64,000 bases of DNA from Candidatus Levyibacteriota bacterium (GCA_036788695.1 DAIQMY010000001.1:150792-214791), one strand, 5' to 3'; numbered from the stretch's first letter, positions 26,497-35,650 are shown. The notes: generated from the letters alone by a model not told the origin. Made by a program: numbers and translations.

Positions 26497-28281
26497 TTAG
26501 TAGTCTACTGAATACACTTTGTTTTCAGAGACTACATATATTTTTTTCTCTTTCTCGTCTGCTGCGATTGATTTTGGAGCTTTCATGCCGGAAAGAGGTA
26601 TGCTTAACACAAGATTTCCGTTTTTATCTACAACATATACGATCTTTTTTTCAGGATCGAGTATATATAAATTTGCATAGTCTATATCTGTATATATGCG
26701 GGAGTTAGTAGATAATGCTTTGCCTTTATAGCTGAAGCTGTCTTCCTTTCCTCTGGTATATTTTTTTATAGACCCATTTTCTATCACATAAATTGATGCG
26801 TCTATTGCAAGGCTTGAAGGATTTTGAATTGTTGTATCACCTGTAAAATACGCAGCCTTTCCAAAACTTTCCGGGAGATATTTGTAAATTGTTTTATCAG
26901 TTTTTGAAAGAAGGTAGATATTCCCTCCAAACGTATCGATTGAAATAGGATTTGCCTGTTTTTCAATTATCGTTTCTATTTCTCCATTAGATTTTGTGAC
27001 TCGCTCAACTGTTTCTCCGGTTAGAATATAGACATTTTTTTCATCTGCCGTAATTCCATAAACGGAGCCCACTCCATTAAACGTAGAGACTACTGATCCG
27101 TCAGATGTTAATAATCCTCCCTTTGAACTTCCAATCACCGCAATCTCTCCTCCCTTTGCTGTTATATATACAATGTTTGGAATTTCGGTGTTTTTTCTAG
27201 CATCAAAAAAAACATTTATTTTTGATTTCCTGCCTGAGGCATCTTCGCCCAATGATTTGTTCACGCTTTCTAAGAATACACCAAGTGATTTTCGAGCATT
27301 ACTTTCCGGCGGGAATTGTGAGATTTTACTTTCAACATTTGATTTTATTTCAGATAGCTCTTCTATCGCAAGACTCTTATTCAGGCTCATAAGTGCTATA
27401 GCGTCTTCATACTTTTGTTTATTTTCAGAAAGAATTAATTGTGCTTGTTCATTAAGGTGAGCATTTTCTCTTCCTGTTTTTTCAAGAAATATAGCTATCG
27501 CCAGAACAACAAGTAAAACTAAAACGCAAATAACAATAAGTTGTTTTTTTGAAAAATTTCTCAGTGATGGAAGTTTTATTTTTTTGATTATCCCTTCCAA
27601 ATGGAATTTGGGTATATGTACTACTTTCTCTTTTTCCTCTGTGTTTGTCAGGTCAAGCGTGTCGTTGTCAGGCGCCGCTTCATCTTCTTCAGCTACTTTT
27701 CTTTCTCCGATCATGCTCCATATGAGTGCGGCTTCTTTTCCTGTTGGGTTATCATGAATGAATGGGGCAATAGATTCACTAATATTGTGAGGGGTGCCTG
27801 CGCTCAATGATTTTTCAATTTCATCAGATGATACAGTTGTGAGTAAGCCTTCCGTTGCGACTAAAATAATATCTTCTGGTTCAACAATTCCTGAAAAACC
27901 AGTTGTTGTATTGGGTTCGCCAGTTGCAATAATTATTGTTTTTCCACCGCGCCGCAATAAAACGCTACCCGAATGAGCAATTATTATGTAAAGTGTTGAA
28001 TTAACTATTGTTGTGAGAACAAGTGATAATGACACGTTTTTAGAGAGTTCGCCCACAACTGTTTCAACAGCCCTCTTCAGTGTCTCTAGATTTTTTTCGT
28101 CCAGAGCAAAAAACTCTCTTTGTAGGCGCTCCAGAGTATCTTTCCCTAGTGATGCGATTGTTTCCTTACCTTCCTCACAAAGACTTACGACAAGGTGTAG
28201 CTTGCCTGCGCTATAAGCCTGCGCCCAAGAAGAGGAAGTAGCAGTAGCGACAACTTTGGCAACGGGAGAAGAATGTTCCAT
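26497..28281 (-). CDS. PP2C-family protein phosphatase-like domain, one TM helix, and a C-terminal beta-propeller-like repeat domain
   Basis: N-terminal AHSGSVLLRRGGKTIIIATGEP and EPEDIILVATEGLLTTVSSDEI resemble PPM/PP2C motifs. Mid-protein TM LIVICVLVLLVVLAIAIFL. The C-terminal region has repeated hydrophobic-Tyr beta-strand motifs. Likely start is the ATG at 28281 (the track start at 28296 is TTG). Confidence 0.5.
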   Translation of the reverse strand: MEHSSPVAKVVATATSSSWAQAYSAGKLHLVVSLCEEGKETIASLGKDTLERLQREFFALDEKNLETLKRAVETVVGELSKNVSLSLVLTTIVNSTLYIIIAHSGSVLLRRGGKTIIIATGEPNTTTGFSGIVEPEDIILVATEGLLTTVSSDEIEKSLSAGTPHNISESIAPFIHDNPTGKEAALIWSMIGERKVAEEDEAAPDNDTLDLTNTEEKEKVVHIPKFHLEGIIKKIKLPSLRNFSKKQLIVICVLVLLVVLAIAIFLEKTGRENAHLNEQAQLILSENKQKYEDAIALMSLNKSLAIEELSEIKSNVESKISQFPPESNARKSLGVFLESVNKSLGEDASGRKSKINVFFDARKNTEIPNIVYITAKGGEIAVIGSSKGGLLTSDGSVVSTFNGVGSVYGITADEKNVYILTGETVERVTKSNGEIETIIEKQANPISIDTFGGNIYLLSKTDKTIYKYLPESFGKAAYFTGDTTIQNPSSLAIDASIYVIENGSIKKYTRGKEDSFSYKGKALSTNSRIYTDIDYANLYILDPEKKIVYVVDKNGNLVLSIPLSGMKAPKSIAADEKEKKIYVVSENKVYSVDY

Positions 28282-28288
28282 AACTCCA

Positions 28289-28531
28289 TTATACAAAAAT
28301 TGTTACAAGAAGCAGTAGTAATGTTCCAAAAATAACGCTATATGCTATAAATTTAAGAACAGGAGAGAATGAAACCTGATTAACAAGTTTTGTAAGGGAT
28401 GAGATTTGACGCGTTAAAACTATGGTGAATAGTAAAAATAGCAACTCTAATAACACCAGAGCAATTTTTATGAAAACATCAGGTGAGTTTAAAAAATTAG
28501 TAACGTTTGTAATTATATCTTCTAGGCTCAT
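28289..28531 (-). CDS. Small membrane protein, hypothetical
   Basis: Short ORF with two hydrophobic helices. The internal ATG at 28531 is the probable start. Confidence 0.35.
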   Translation of the reverse strand: MSLEDIITNVTNFLNSPDVFIKIALVLLELLFLLFTIVLTRQISSLTKLVNQVSFSPVLKFIAYSVIFGTLLLLLVTIFV

Positions 28532-28535
28532 ATTG

Positions 28536-29213
28536 TTATACGGGTTTATCAACTACTAATTCGCCGATTATTTTTCTTACCAGGTTGGGATTCGGTGCGC
28601 GGTCGTATTCAATATTTTGATGAATACCCTCTGTTTGTATGAATATATCTCCATAATCAAAAAAACTTCTGATCCCGCCTGCTTGAGTAAATGATACGTC
28701 TACAATACTTGGAAGGCGAGCTTCAGAAATCATTTTTACAAGAATATTTGGTACATCTATGTCCATTGCTCGTTTGTTAGTGACTATCCCTACGTTAAAA
28801 TACCAAATTGCGAAATTTAATAATATAAAAGCAAAAACTATCAAATAGTAAAACAATGTAGAAAGTATTAAAAGGATTGGGGATATAATTATTGCGGGAA
28901 AAAAGATTGGTGCAAAGAAAAAAATTACGGGGGGGACAAAAAGAAGAAGTATAGATGAGAGAGTCCAGGGTACATTCGTGATGAAGTCTCGTCTCACTAA
29001 TAGTACCACATCCTCATCTGCCTCCTGATTTTGGAATGTTACACCGTCAGGGTAAACAGACATAGAAGAATAAAACTTAGGTTTTTTGTGTTCGTGATGA
29101 TGGACAAGAAGCTCTGATTTTGGATCTTTTTCCTGTGCATTTTCCTGATGTTTTTCTGAAATTTCTTTCTGTTGGCTTAAGATAAACTCACCTTTTAATT
29201 TTTCATTATCCAT
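28536..29213 (-). CDS. Membrane protein with a bacterial PH-like (bPH_2/YdbT-like) domain
   Basis: Two TM helices followed by ...GIVTNKRAMDIDVPNILVKMISEARLPSIVDVSFTQAGGIRSFFDYGDIFIQTEG, resembling the bPH_2 fold found in YdbS/YdbT proteins. Confidence 0.45.
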   Translation of the reverse strand: MDNEKLKGEFILSQQKEISEKHQENAQEKDPKSELLVHHHEHKKPKFYSSMSVYPDGVTFQNQEADEDVVLLVRRDFITNVPWTLSSILLLFVPPVIFFFAPIFFPAIIISPILLILSTLFYYLIVFAFILLNFAIWYFNVGIVTNKRAMDIDVPNILVKMISEARLPSIVDVSFTQAGGIRSFFDYGDIFIQTEGIHQNIEYDRAPNPNLVRKIIGELVVDKPV

Positions 29214-29263
29214 AATATAAGAATTCGTTTGTTTTTTACAATTCAAGTAATTATAGCAGACTG

Positions 29264-31018
29264 CTACTGTTTTTCGACGTTATAGAGAGGTCCTACTATC
29301 TGCAGGTTTGCGGGTGCACGAAGGTTGAAGTATGTTTTAAAGTCCGCAGCAGAAAATGTTTTTGATCCACCGTCTCCGTTAAAGGTTATGGAAGTGGTTC
29401 TTCCGCTTCCTTTATCCCAATCAACTGATGCGCCTGACACTGAATTAAATGGTGTACCACCCCTACTTGAAAGTTCCTGTCTCACGCGTGCCGCATCCCA
29501 CGTTTCAGTCCCGGCGGGATTTGGTTTATCAGGTTGGTATAGATGTTCGTGAGTGCTTGAATCTTTTTGTGCAAGCATTAAAACATTCACTATATCTCCC
29601 ACTTCCTCACTCTTCATCCACGCGGTACCACTATAAGCACTTCTTGATCCCCAGTCACAGTAAAACCACGGAGATGCCTTATCATAGGCGCTATTTTTTA
29701 AGTCATCAAATGAATTTATTGTGTCTGTGGTTGTGTCTTTTGCATTTTTTGTATATGGGGTACTATTCCATCCGATATCACTTGATGTGTAAACGTACCC
29801 TCCATGTGTTGATGAGAACCATGCTTTAATTGGATTGCCTCCATTTGTGAGGACTTGTCCTGCTGTTGCATTCACAGCGTCTATCCAGGATTGAGCATTG
29901 AGCTCTTTTTTAACAACTTGGCATGATTGAGAAGGACAGATAGTGCCGCTGCCATTATTTGTATAGGCAAGAGCATATGAGCGTGCGGCTATAGCTTGAG
30001 CCTTTAATGCTTCAGATGGCCAGCCTGACGGTACTTCGTAAACATGCTTAACATATTCTTCTATATTCCATGTATCATCAAATGATTGACCATATTCATT
30101 TGTCCCCGTAACATGAATGGATGCTCCCTGATTATATCCAGATGTGAGATCGGCATTATAATATGATTTTAATATCTGCTCTGCGTTCTGTCCCGCCTCA
30201 GCCCTTCCCTTAGCTCCATATTGATTTAGTCCAACTCTGTTTGGTACCCCAAAAGTAAAAAATCCAAAACGGGGAGAAAACCCAGGATCTTTACCATTTG
30301 TTAAGTCAGAAGAGCACCCTCCACCAATTCCCGCGTATGCTGATTGGGGAATGTTTAAGCTCGCAAGTCTTTGTGACAAAATAGACTGTTGCTTTGCTGA
30401 AAGTTCAGCAATCTGTGAGGTAAGGGTTGCTTGATATGCACGTGCACCGTCCACTAATTTTTGTACATCTGCCTTTTGTGTATCAACCTGTTTTTTTATT
30501 GAGGCGAGCTTTACTTGTTCTTCCTCGAGCGCTTTTTTTCGATCCTCAAGATCAATTATTTTTAATGCAATTGATGTAATAATTGCTTTATCTTCATCTT
30601 GACCTTTTTTTTGGTATGCAATTATTTTCGTTGCGTCTTGCGCGTCTTTTGATGATAAAAATATAAGCAAAGGAGAGAATACATAATTTTTTATGTAATA
30701 GTCACGTACTGCTTTGTTAAAAACAGCTCGCTGTTCCCCTAAATCTATATAGCCCTGGGCAATGTTTTTTTTCTTTTCAGCAATATCTGATTCAATGCCG
30801 ACAACTTGGGCGGTTATTGCGTCCAACTGTTTTTTCATGCTTACCAATTGTGATTCAAACGGAGCTGTTGCGCGTTGAGATGATGAGAGTGAACTTTGGA
30901 GCTCCGCAATTTTACGGCTAATATCATCAAGCTCATCAGAATATGCTTGGGATTTTATAAAAAAGATTGAAGAAATTAAAAAAAGGATAACTACAACAAG
31001 ACTTAAAAGTTTTCTCAT
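29264..31018 (-). CDS. SpoIID/LytB-domain peptidoglycan hydrolase with signal peptide and N-terminal coiled coil
   Basis: EEYVKHVYEVPSGWPSEALKAQAIAARSYALAY closely matches the SpoIID signature (EEYL.GVVP.EMP.SWP.EALKAQAVAARTYAL); GLNQYGAKGRAEAGQNAEQILKSYY matches a second SpoIID motif. Confidence 0.75.
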   Translation of the reverse strand: MRKLLSLVVVILFLISSIFFIKSQAYSDELDDISRKIAELQSSLSSSQRATAPFESQLVSMKKQLDAITAQVVGIESDIAEKKKNIAQGYIDLGEQRAVFNKAVRDYYIKNYVFSPLLIFLSSKDAQDATKIIAYQKKGQDEDKAIITSIALKIIDLEDRKKALEEEQVKLASIKKQVDTQKADVQKLVDGARAYQATLTSQIAELSAKQQSILSQRLASLNIPQSAYAGIGGGCSSDLTNGKDPGFSPRFGFFTFGVPNRVGLNQYGAKGRAEAGQNAEQILKSYYNADLTSGYNQGASIHVTGTNEYGQSFDDTWNIEEYVKHVYEVPSGWPSEALKAQAIAARSYALAYTNNGSGTICPSQSCQVVKKELNAQSWIDAVNATAGQVLTNGGNPIKAWFSSTHGGYVYTSSDIGWNSTPYTKNAKDTTTDTINSFDDLKNSAYDKASPWFYCDWGSRSAYSGTAWMKSEEVGDIVNVLMLAQKDSSTHEHLYQPDKPNPAGTETWDAARVRQELSSRGGTPFNSVSGASVDWDKGSGRTTSITFNGDGGSKTFSAADFKTYFNLRAPANLQIVGPLYNVEKQ

Positions 31019-31078
31019 GGGAGTAATAATAATAACAATTTTTACCTATGCTTACAACCCGGGGAAGGAGGTTGTGGG

Positions 31079-31150
31079 TGGGCGCGGCAGGATTTGAACC
31101 TGCGACCAATTGTGTATAAGACAACCGCTCTACCACTGAGCTACACGCCC
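31079..31150 (-). tRNA. tRNA-Ile with anticodon UAU (decodes AUA), 72 nt
   Basis: Reverse complement GGGCGTG-TA-GCTC-AGTGGTA-GAGC-G-GTTGT-CTTATAC-ACAAT-TGGTC-GCAGG-TTCAAAT-CCTGC-CGCGCCC-A. Clean cloverleaf with a 7-bp acceptor stem, U33, anticodon TAT, A37 and discriminator A. Confidence 0.7.
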
Positions 31151-31205
31151 AAAAACGAAACTGTGGTAAATTATAGCACGAGAAAGGTAAATATTCGATT
31201 CGTAA

Positions 31206-33638
31206 TTATACAAGGCCGCCGTTGCCGCCACCTAGTTTATCTTCTCCCGGGTTACCAAATGGGTCCTCACCGCCAGGGCCCAGGTCACCAAACACCTCAA
31301 AGAGTTTAGATCGTTTTGCAATTTCTGCTTCTACCAATTCCTTGGGTTTTCCGTACTTTAGTCTGGATAATTCTTTAACTAGTTCAGCGACCCGAGGGTT
31401 TGCCATCCTTCGTTCTGCTTCAATATCCCGTGTAAGATCCATTGAAAATGGGGGAGCTGGTTCATTTTTTATAACAGTTTTTACATAAGCGTGACGAGCT
31501 TCAATATTTATTAAATCAGCTTCGGTAAAGGTAGGTTGGAATTCATGCTGAAGATAATTTGCGTCAGATACACCTACTCGGAAGGATACAATGGTTCCAA
31601 CATTTCCAAAGATAGCATTTTTAATTTCCTCTTCAATCTGTCCTATGAACTGGTTTGCAACTATCAAGTTCAATCTATATTTTCTTGCCTCAGAGAGTAT
31701 TTGTGCAAAATCAGGTGTTGCAAAGTTTTGGAACTCGTCAACATAGAGGAAAAAATCGCGTCTTTGTTCTTGTGGAATATCTTGTCTACTCATGGCAGCA
31801 ACGAGTATTTTAGGAACGAGTATAAGCCCAAGAAAGTTTGAGTTTTCTTCACCTATTTTCCCTTTGGCAAGAGAGATAAGAAGAATTTTACCCTCATCCA
31901 TTGAGCGTCTAAAATTAAAGGAGGAATCAGATTGACCAATCATATTTCTCATCATAGTGTTTGTAACAAATCGTCCAAATTTTGAGGTAATATAATCCAG
32001 TACTTCAGATTTATGAAAATCTGATGTCTGAGCAATCTGGTCAGTCCAGTAACGTCTAATAATAGGATCTTTTACTTTGGGAAGAAGTTCTTGAACAAAA
32101 TTTTGATCAGTTAAAACACGCATAACCTCTACAAAGGTGTTCCCTGGCTCCGACATAACAGTAAGCATAGCGTTTCTTACAGCGTGTTCAAATCGAGGTC
32201 CTATGATACCTGTTTGGTGTGGGTCAAAGAGTTTATACATGAGCCCTATAATAGATGTTACAACCAAATGTTTTTGTTCTTCGGTTTGTGCTTCAAGCAT
32301 GTTTAACCCCATGGGGCGTTCTGTGTCTGATGGGTCAAAAAGTATTACGTCTTCCGCGCGTTCAGGTGGGATAAGCGGTAAGATTAAGTCTATTGTGTCA
32401 TGAGGATCAATAAAGCAAACTCCGTGACCGGCCTTAATATCTTGCAGTATCATATCTTTTAGAAATTCAGACTTTCCGACCCCCGTTTTTCCAACTATAT
32501 ACATATGCCGTCTCCTGTCATCTTCTCCTATGTATATAGGCTTGGAATTTCCTCTGTATTCACTTTTCCCTATGTAGAGTCCGGTTGTTGGAATACTTGC
32601 GGGCGCAGGCGCGCTGCGGGCAGCCAACCAGTGGATATGTGGGCTTTCAACTGATTTATTTGGAAAGTGGAAAATAGTTGCGAGTTCATCAACTGAAAGT
32701 ACAGAACCTTTCTTCAGAAGAGGGAGCGTTCTGTAGATAAAATCCACCATGAACATCCCTTTAAAATACTTCATTTTTTCCTTGGAGAAAGAATTATATG
32801 AGGAGAATTGTGTAAATGAGGTCACCATATTTTCTAAGTGCGCATTTGCTGCTTCTTTTGAGGAAGATGAGACAACAAGTCTAATATAGGTATTAAATGC
32901 GGGTTTTGACAGTTTTCCTTCAATTGCTTCTAGTTCTTTTTGGTCGACTGAATATTTTGCTGTCTCAGGATTTGCTTCTCGTTTTTTAATACCGGTGATA
33001 TGTGCTCTCCCTTGCTTTTTCCATTTCCCGTCAGTAGGGGTGATAAGTATTTGAATAGCAGCAGACTCCCCTTCCTGCATTTTTCCAAGAGTTGAAACCA
33101 TAGTTGACATTGGATCAACAGGAAGTTGCTGAAATGACTTGATCGGGATATAAGGCGAAGACTTAAGAACCAGTCCTGCAAATGCTACCTTGCTTTCATC
33201 CGTAAAAATATCATATTCCTCAGCAGGTGAAATGTTTGCGTCGGGATATGCTCCGTGGATTTGTTTCTCAACCATATCCTCCAATTTTTTAGGAATTGAT
33301 ACATAAAACCTGATATCTCCTGGTTTTGCGACTATTTCAAACGCGATATAATCAGGTACTTTTGAAAATCCAAGTAGTCCTTTTGCGCCTTTTATTCCAG
33401 AAAAGGCTGAAAACATTTGTTCTGCTGCATCTATCTTTATCTCATTTTCGCGAGGTAGCTGTACCTCAAGCAAGACCATATCAAGAGCCTTTTTCTGTCT
33501 TTCTCGGTTTTTTTTCCAGAAAAGATAAGCAATATACGCTCCTAGGACCGCAAACACAATTATGCTGGTGAGAAGAATCCCTATTGCAAGAACAAAAAGA
33601 AGCGTGATGATGTTGTTTACTACGTCTATTCCTGTCAT
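31206..33638 (-). CDS. VirD4/TraG/TraD-like type IV coupling protein candidate (membrane-anchored P-loop ATPase, 810 aa)
   Basis: N-terminal TM region. Walker A HMYIVGKTGVGKSEF. Walker B FFLYVDEFQNFA (the DEFxN motif is typical of T4CPs). Followed by ARKYRLNLIVANQFIGQI, which is like the T4CP xxQSxxQL motif. HerA/FtsK-like alternatives cannot be excluded from sequence alone. Confidence 0.5.
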   Translation of the reverse strand: MTGIDVVNNIITLLFVLAIGILLTSIIVFAVLGAYIAYLFWKKNRERQKKALDMVLLEVQLPRENEIKIDAAEQMFSAFSGIKGAKGLLGFSKVPDYIAFEIVAKPGDIRFYVSIPKKLEDMVEKQIHGAYPDANISPAEEYDIFTDESKVAFAGLVLKSSPYIPIKSFQQLPVDPMSTMVSTLGKMQEGESAAIQILITPTDGKWKKQGRAHITGIKKREANPETAKYSVDQKELEAIEGKLSKPAFNTYIRLVVSSSSKEAANAHLENMVTSFTQFSSYNSFSKEKMKYFKGMFMVDFIYRTLPLLKKGSVLSVDELATIFHFPNKSVESPHIHWLAARSAPAPASIPTTGLYIGKSEYRGNSKPIYIGEDDRRRHMYIVGKTGVGKSEFLKDMILQDIKAGHGVCFIDPHDTIDLILPLIPPERAEDVILFDPSDTERPMGLNMLEAQTEEQKHLVVTSIIGLMYKLFDPHQTGIIGPRFEHAVRNAMLTVMSEPGNTFVEVMRVLTDQNFVQELLPKVKDPIIRRYWTDQIAQTSDFHKSEVLDYITSKFGRFVTNTMMRNMIGQSDSSFNFRRSMDEGKILLISLAKGKIGEENSNFLGLILVPKILVAAMSRQDIPQEQRRDFFLYVDEFQNFATPDFAQILSEARKYRLNLIVANQFIGQIEEEIKNAIFGNVGTIVSFRVGVSDANYLQHEFQPTFTEADLINIEARHAYVKTVIKNEPAPPFSMDLTRDIEAERRMANPRVAELVKELSRLKYGKPKELVEAEIAKRSKLFEVFGDLGPGGEDPFGNPGEDKLGGGNGGLV

Positions 33639-33650
33639 ATGTGTATTTCT

Positions 33651-34172
33651 TTAAGCAGCTTTTTTACCACCTAGAATTTTAGGTAATTTCCCCCATTTTA
33701 AAATTTTCCACCTGTCGTGAGTGGCTTTATTAAGAACTTTCCCATCTCCTGTCCCAAACGGTTTAGAATTCAGTACGTTAAAATCAGAAATTGTAGGAAT
33801 ATTTTGATCTAGGGATACGTTGTTGCCAGATATGCCTTCCACGGGGTGAATATGCCCAGTTACTTCAGCTTGTGTTCCATCAAGCGCCTGTACGGTTTCC
33901 TGTGCAGTTAGGTGTTCACTTGTAGGCTGAACAAATTTGACTACATCCTCAGAAACCTTTGGGTCGATAGATTCTTTGGCAGCTTCAATATTAGGGGAAG
34001 TTTCAAGTGTTTTTTCAATTGCTGCATCAGATACAGCATTACTTGTTATCTCTTTTTCAACTTCTACTGCCTCTTCTGTGGCAATTTCATTTGAGAGCCC
34101 TGTATCTTTTCCCTGTGCTGACAGTTCTGGGTTAAGAGATGTATTTTTAACTTCGTTTTGTGCTTGACCCAT
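33651..34172 (-). CDS. Acidic hypothetical protein (173 aa)
   Basis: ORF with ATG start. Low-complexity acidic sequence with no recognisable motif. Confidence 0.35.
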   Translation of the reverse strand: MGQAQNEVKNTSLNPELSAQGKDTGLSNEIATEEAVEVEKEITSNAVSDAAIEKTLETSPNIEAAKESIDPKVSEDVVKFVQPTSEHLTAQETVQALDGTQAEVTGHIHPVEGISGNNVSLDQNIPTISDFNVLNSKPFGTGDGKVLNKATHDRWKILKWGKLPKILGGKKAA

Positions 34173-34253
34173 GCATCCATGATATCACCTATGCATTCTT
34201 TTGGCAATTTCACAAACCTAACAGAAGAGTAACAAGATGAAACGAGTAATATG

Positions 34254-34345
34254 CGGAGGAGACAGGATTTGAACCTGCGCGAGCCTGTTTAAGGGGCTCA
34301 GGGGGTTAGCAACCCCCCGCAATGGACCAACTATGCGACTCCTCC
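34254..34345 (-). tRNA. tRNA-Ser (anticodon GCU), class II with long variable arm
   Basis: Reverse complement GGAGGAG-TC-GCA-TAGTTGGTCCAT-TGC-G-GGGGG-TTGCTAA-CCCCC-(variable arm GAGCC...GGCTC)-GCAGG-TTCAAAT-CCTGT-CTCCTCC-G. Confidence 0.85.
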
Positions 34346-34411
34346 AAGCCTTGCAATTATACCATGAGGAAGTAGAAATATGGCTTGTTACATGATATAG
34401 TCTGAATGTGA

Positions 34412-34496
34412 GGAGAGGTCGCATAGTGGTCTAGTGCAGCGGTTTACTAAACCGCCGTATCGCAAGATACCGAGAGTTCGAATCTCTCCCTCTCCG
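34412..34496 (+). tRNA. Class II Ser-type tRNA with apparent anticodon ACU (atypical); paralog of the tRNA-Ser(UGA) at 35456
   Basis: GGAGAGG-TC-GCA-TAGTGGTCTAG-TGC-A-GCGGT-TTACTAA-ACCGC-(variable arm GTATC-GCAA-GATAC)-GAGAG-TTCGAAT-CTCTC-CCTCTCC-G. The 5-bp GC-rich anticodon stem forces a TTACTAA loop, giving positions 34-36 as ACT. Confidence 0.55.
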
Positions 34497-34519
34497 CATT
34501 ATTATAATTCTCTTCTTTT

Positions 34520-34530
34520 TGGTATAATTC
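34520..34530 (+). promoter_or_regulatory. Extended -10 promoter element TGGTATAAT, 8 nt upstream of the ATG of the 142-aa gene (short or absent leader)
   Basis: TGgTATAAT at 34520-34528; ATG at 34537. Confidence 0.3.
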
Positions 34531-34536
34531 CCCTTC

Positions 34537-34965
34537 ATGAGTATTATTGAAGCAGCAACATCTATATTTGAAGATAAAATTCAAAGAACAGCCGCAAGGG
34601 AAATGAATATGCGATATAAAAAAGGGGAGGAGCTGATACTGGATACAGCAAGAGACGCGCGGTGGATTGTTTCAGAAAGTGGATTTTCAGATATTTTAAT
34701 GGTTCAGGATTCGCTTCGGGCATTTGTAGATATAGGAATTAGGAAAAGAGATTTGCAGATTGCAGACGATACAAGGTTGGCTTTTCTAAATATTCCAAGC
34801 CCTATGGTACAAAAAGCTATATTGAGGGGAGCTTGTCGGGAGGCAATCTTGTTTTGGGATGAAAAACTGCGTGAACCTGATGCATTATATGAAGTTGTAC
34901 AATATGGTCCTGAGAGGATTGATTTTTTTAATTTTCAACTTGCCAACCTACAACAAAAGACGTAA
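34537..34965 (+). CDS. Hypothetical protein (142 aa)
   Basis: ORF with ATG start and a promoter-like element immediately upstream. Confidence 0.4.
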   Translation: MSIIEAATSIFEDKIQRTAAREMNMRYKKGEELILDTARDARWIVSESGFSDILMVQDSLRAFVDIGIRKRDLQIADDTRLAFLNIPSPMVQKAILRGACREAILFWDEKLREPDALYEVVQYGPERIDFFNFQLANLQQKT

Positions 34966-35053
34966 AGAGGCGCAGTTACTTGTCTTACCGTATTCTCACA
35001 GTTTTCATATAGACTTTTTGTGTAGTCCGGCAGTATACTGTATATAATAAGGT

Positions 35054-35365
35054 ATGCTAGCACTACTATTAATAATTCTTATTGCCCTATGGTTTTTAGG
35101 ATATATTCACATTGCAGGGTATATTCCTAACTTTCCCTTATTTTCTATTAATAATCACAGTGTTTCTTTGTGGGACATTTTAATTCTTTTGGCAATTGGG
35201 TGGGCAATAGGAATTCTCCCAAGCCCTCTTCGTCAAATAGCTGCGGCACTCCTTATTATTTGGATTCTTGCAACGCTTGGAATAATCGCTATTGGAGGAC
35301 TTGCACAAATAATAGTTCTTGCTATTATCGCGGGAGTGATCCTTGCGCTTCTAGATGTTGTGTAG
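35054..35365 (+). CDS. Small hydrophobic membrane protein (103 aa), hypothetical
   Basis: ORF composed almost entirely of hydrophobic helices. Confidence 0.35.
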   Translation: MLALLLIILIALWFLGYIHIAGYIPNFPLFSINNHSVSLWDILILLAIGWAIGILPSPLRQIAAALLIIWILATLGIIAIGGLAQIIVLAIIAGVILALLDVV

Positions 35366-35455
35366 CTTCATATTAGACCCCAAATACGTTATAATACATA
35401 AACTTGGAGAGATCGTGTAAGGAACTTTATAGACCTTGTTTGACTCTCCATATAT

Positions 35456-35542
35456 GGAGAGGTCGCATAGTGGTTTAGTGCGAAGGTCTTGAAAACCTTT
35501 ATGGGGGAAACCTCATCGGGGGTTCGAATCCCCCCCTCTCCG
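35456..35542 (+). tRNA. tRNA-Ser (anticodon UGA), class II
   Basis: GGAGAGG-TC-GCA-TAGTGGTTTAG-TGC-G-AAGGT-CTTGAAA-ACCTT-(variable arm)-GGGGG-TTCGAAT-CCCCC-CCTCTCC-G. Confidence 0.85.
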
Positions 35543-35650
35543 CATAAGGTCGTTGATGTGCCAAGCTTGGCTGTGAAATAACGGAAATCCTATTGATTTG
35601 TTCTGTCTCCTCTGTTAAGAATTTATTAATTTCTCAATACCAAAAAAATT

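Noticed and set aside
26014-26708. Track ORFs 26014-26214 (-) and 26430-26708 (+)
   Set aside because: They overlap the tmRNA gene and its terminator. They have no RBS and no protein-like features.
34173-35650. tRNA cluster as an integration site for a mobile element
   Set aside because: No integrase, recombinase, transposase or direct repeat of a tRNA 3' end was found nearby. The flanking small ORFs are uncharacterised, but there is no positive evidence of an island boundary.
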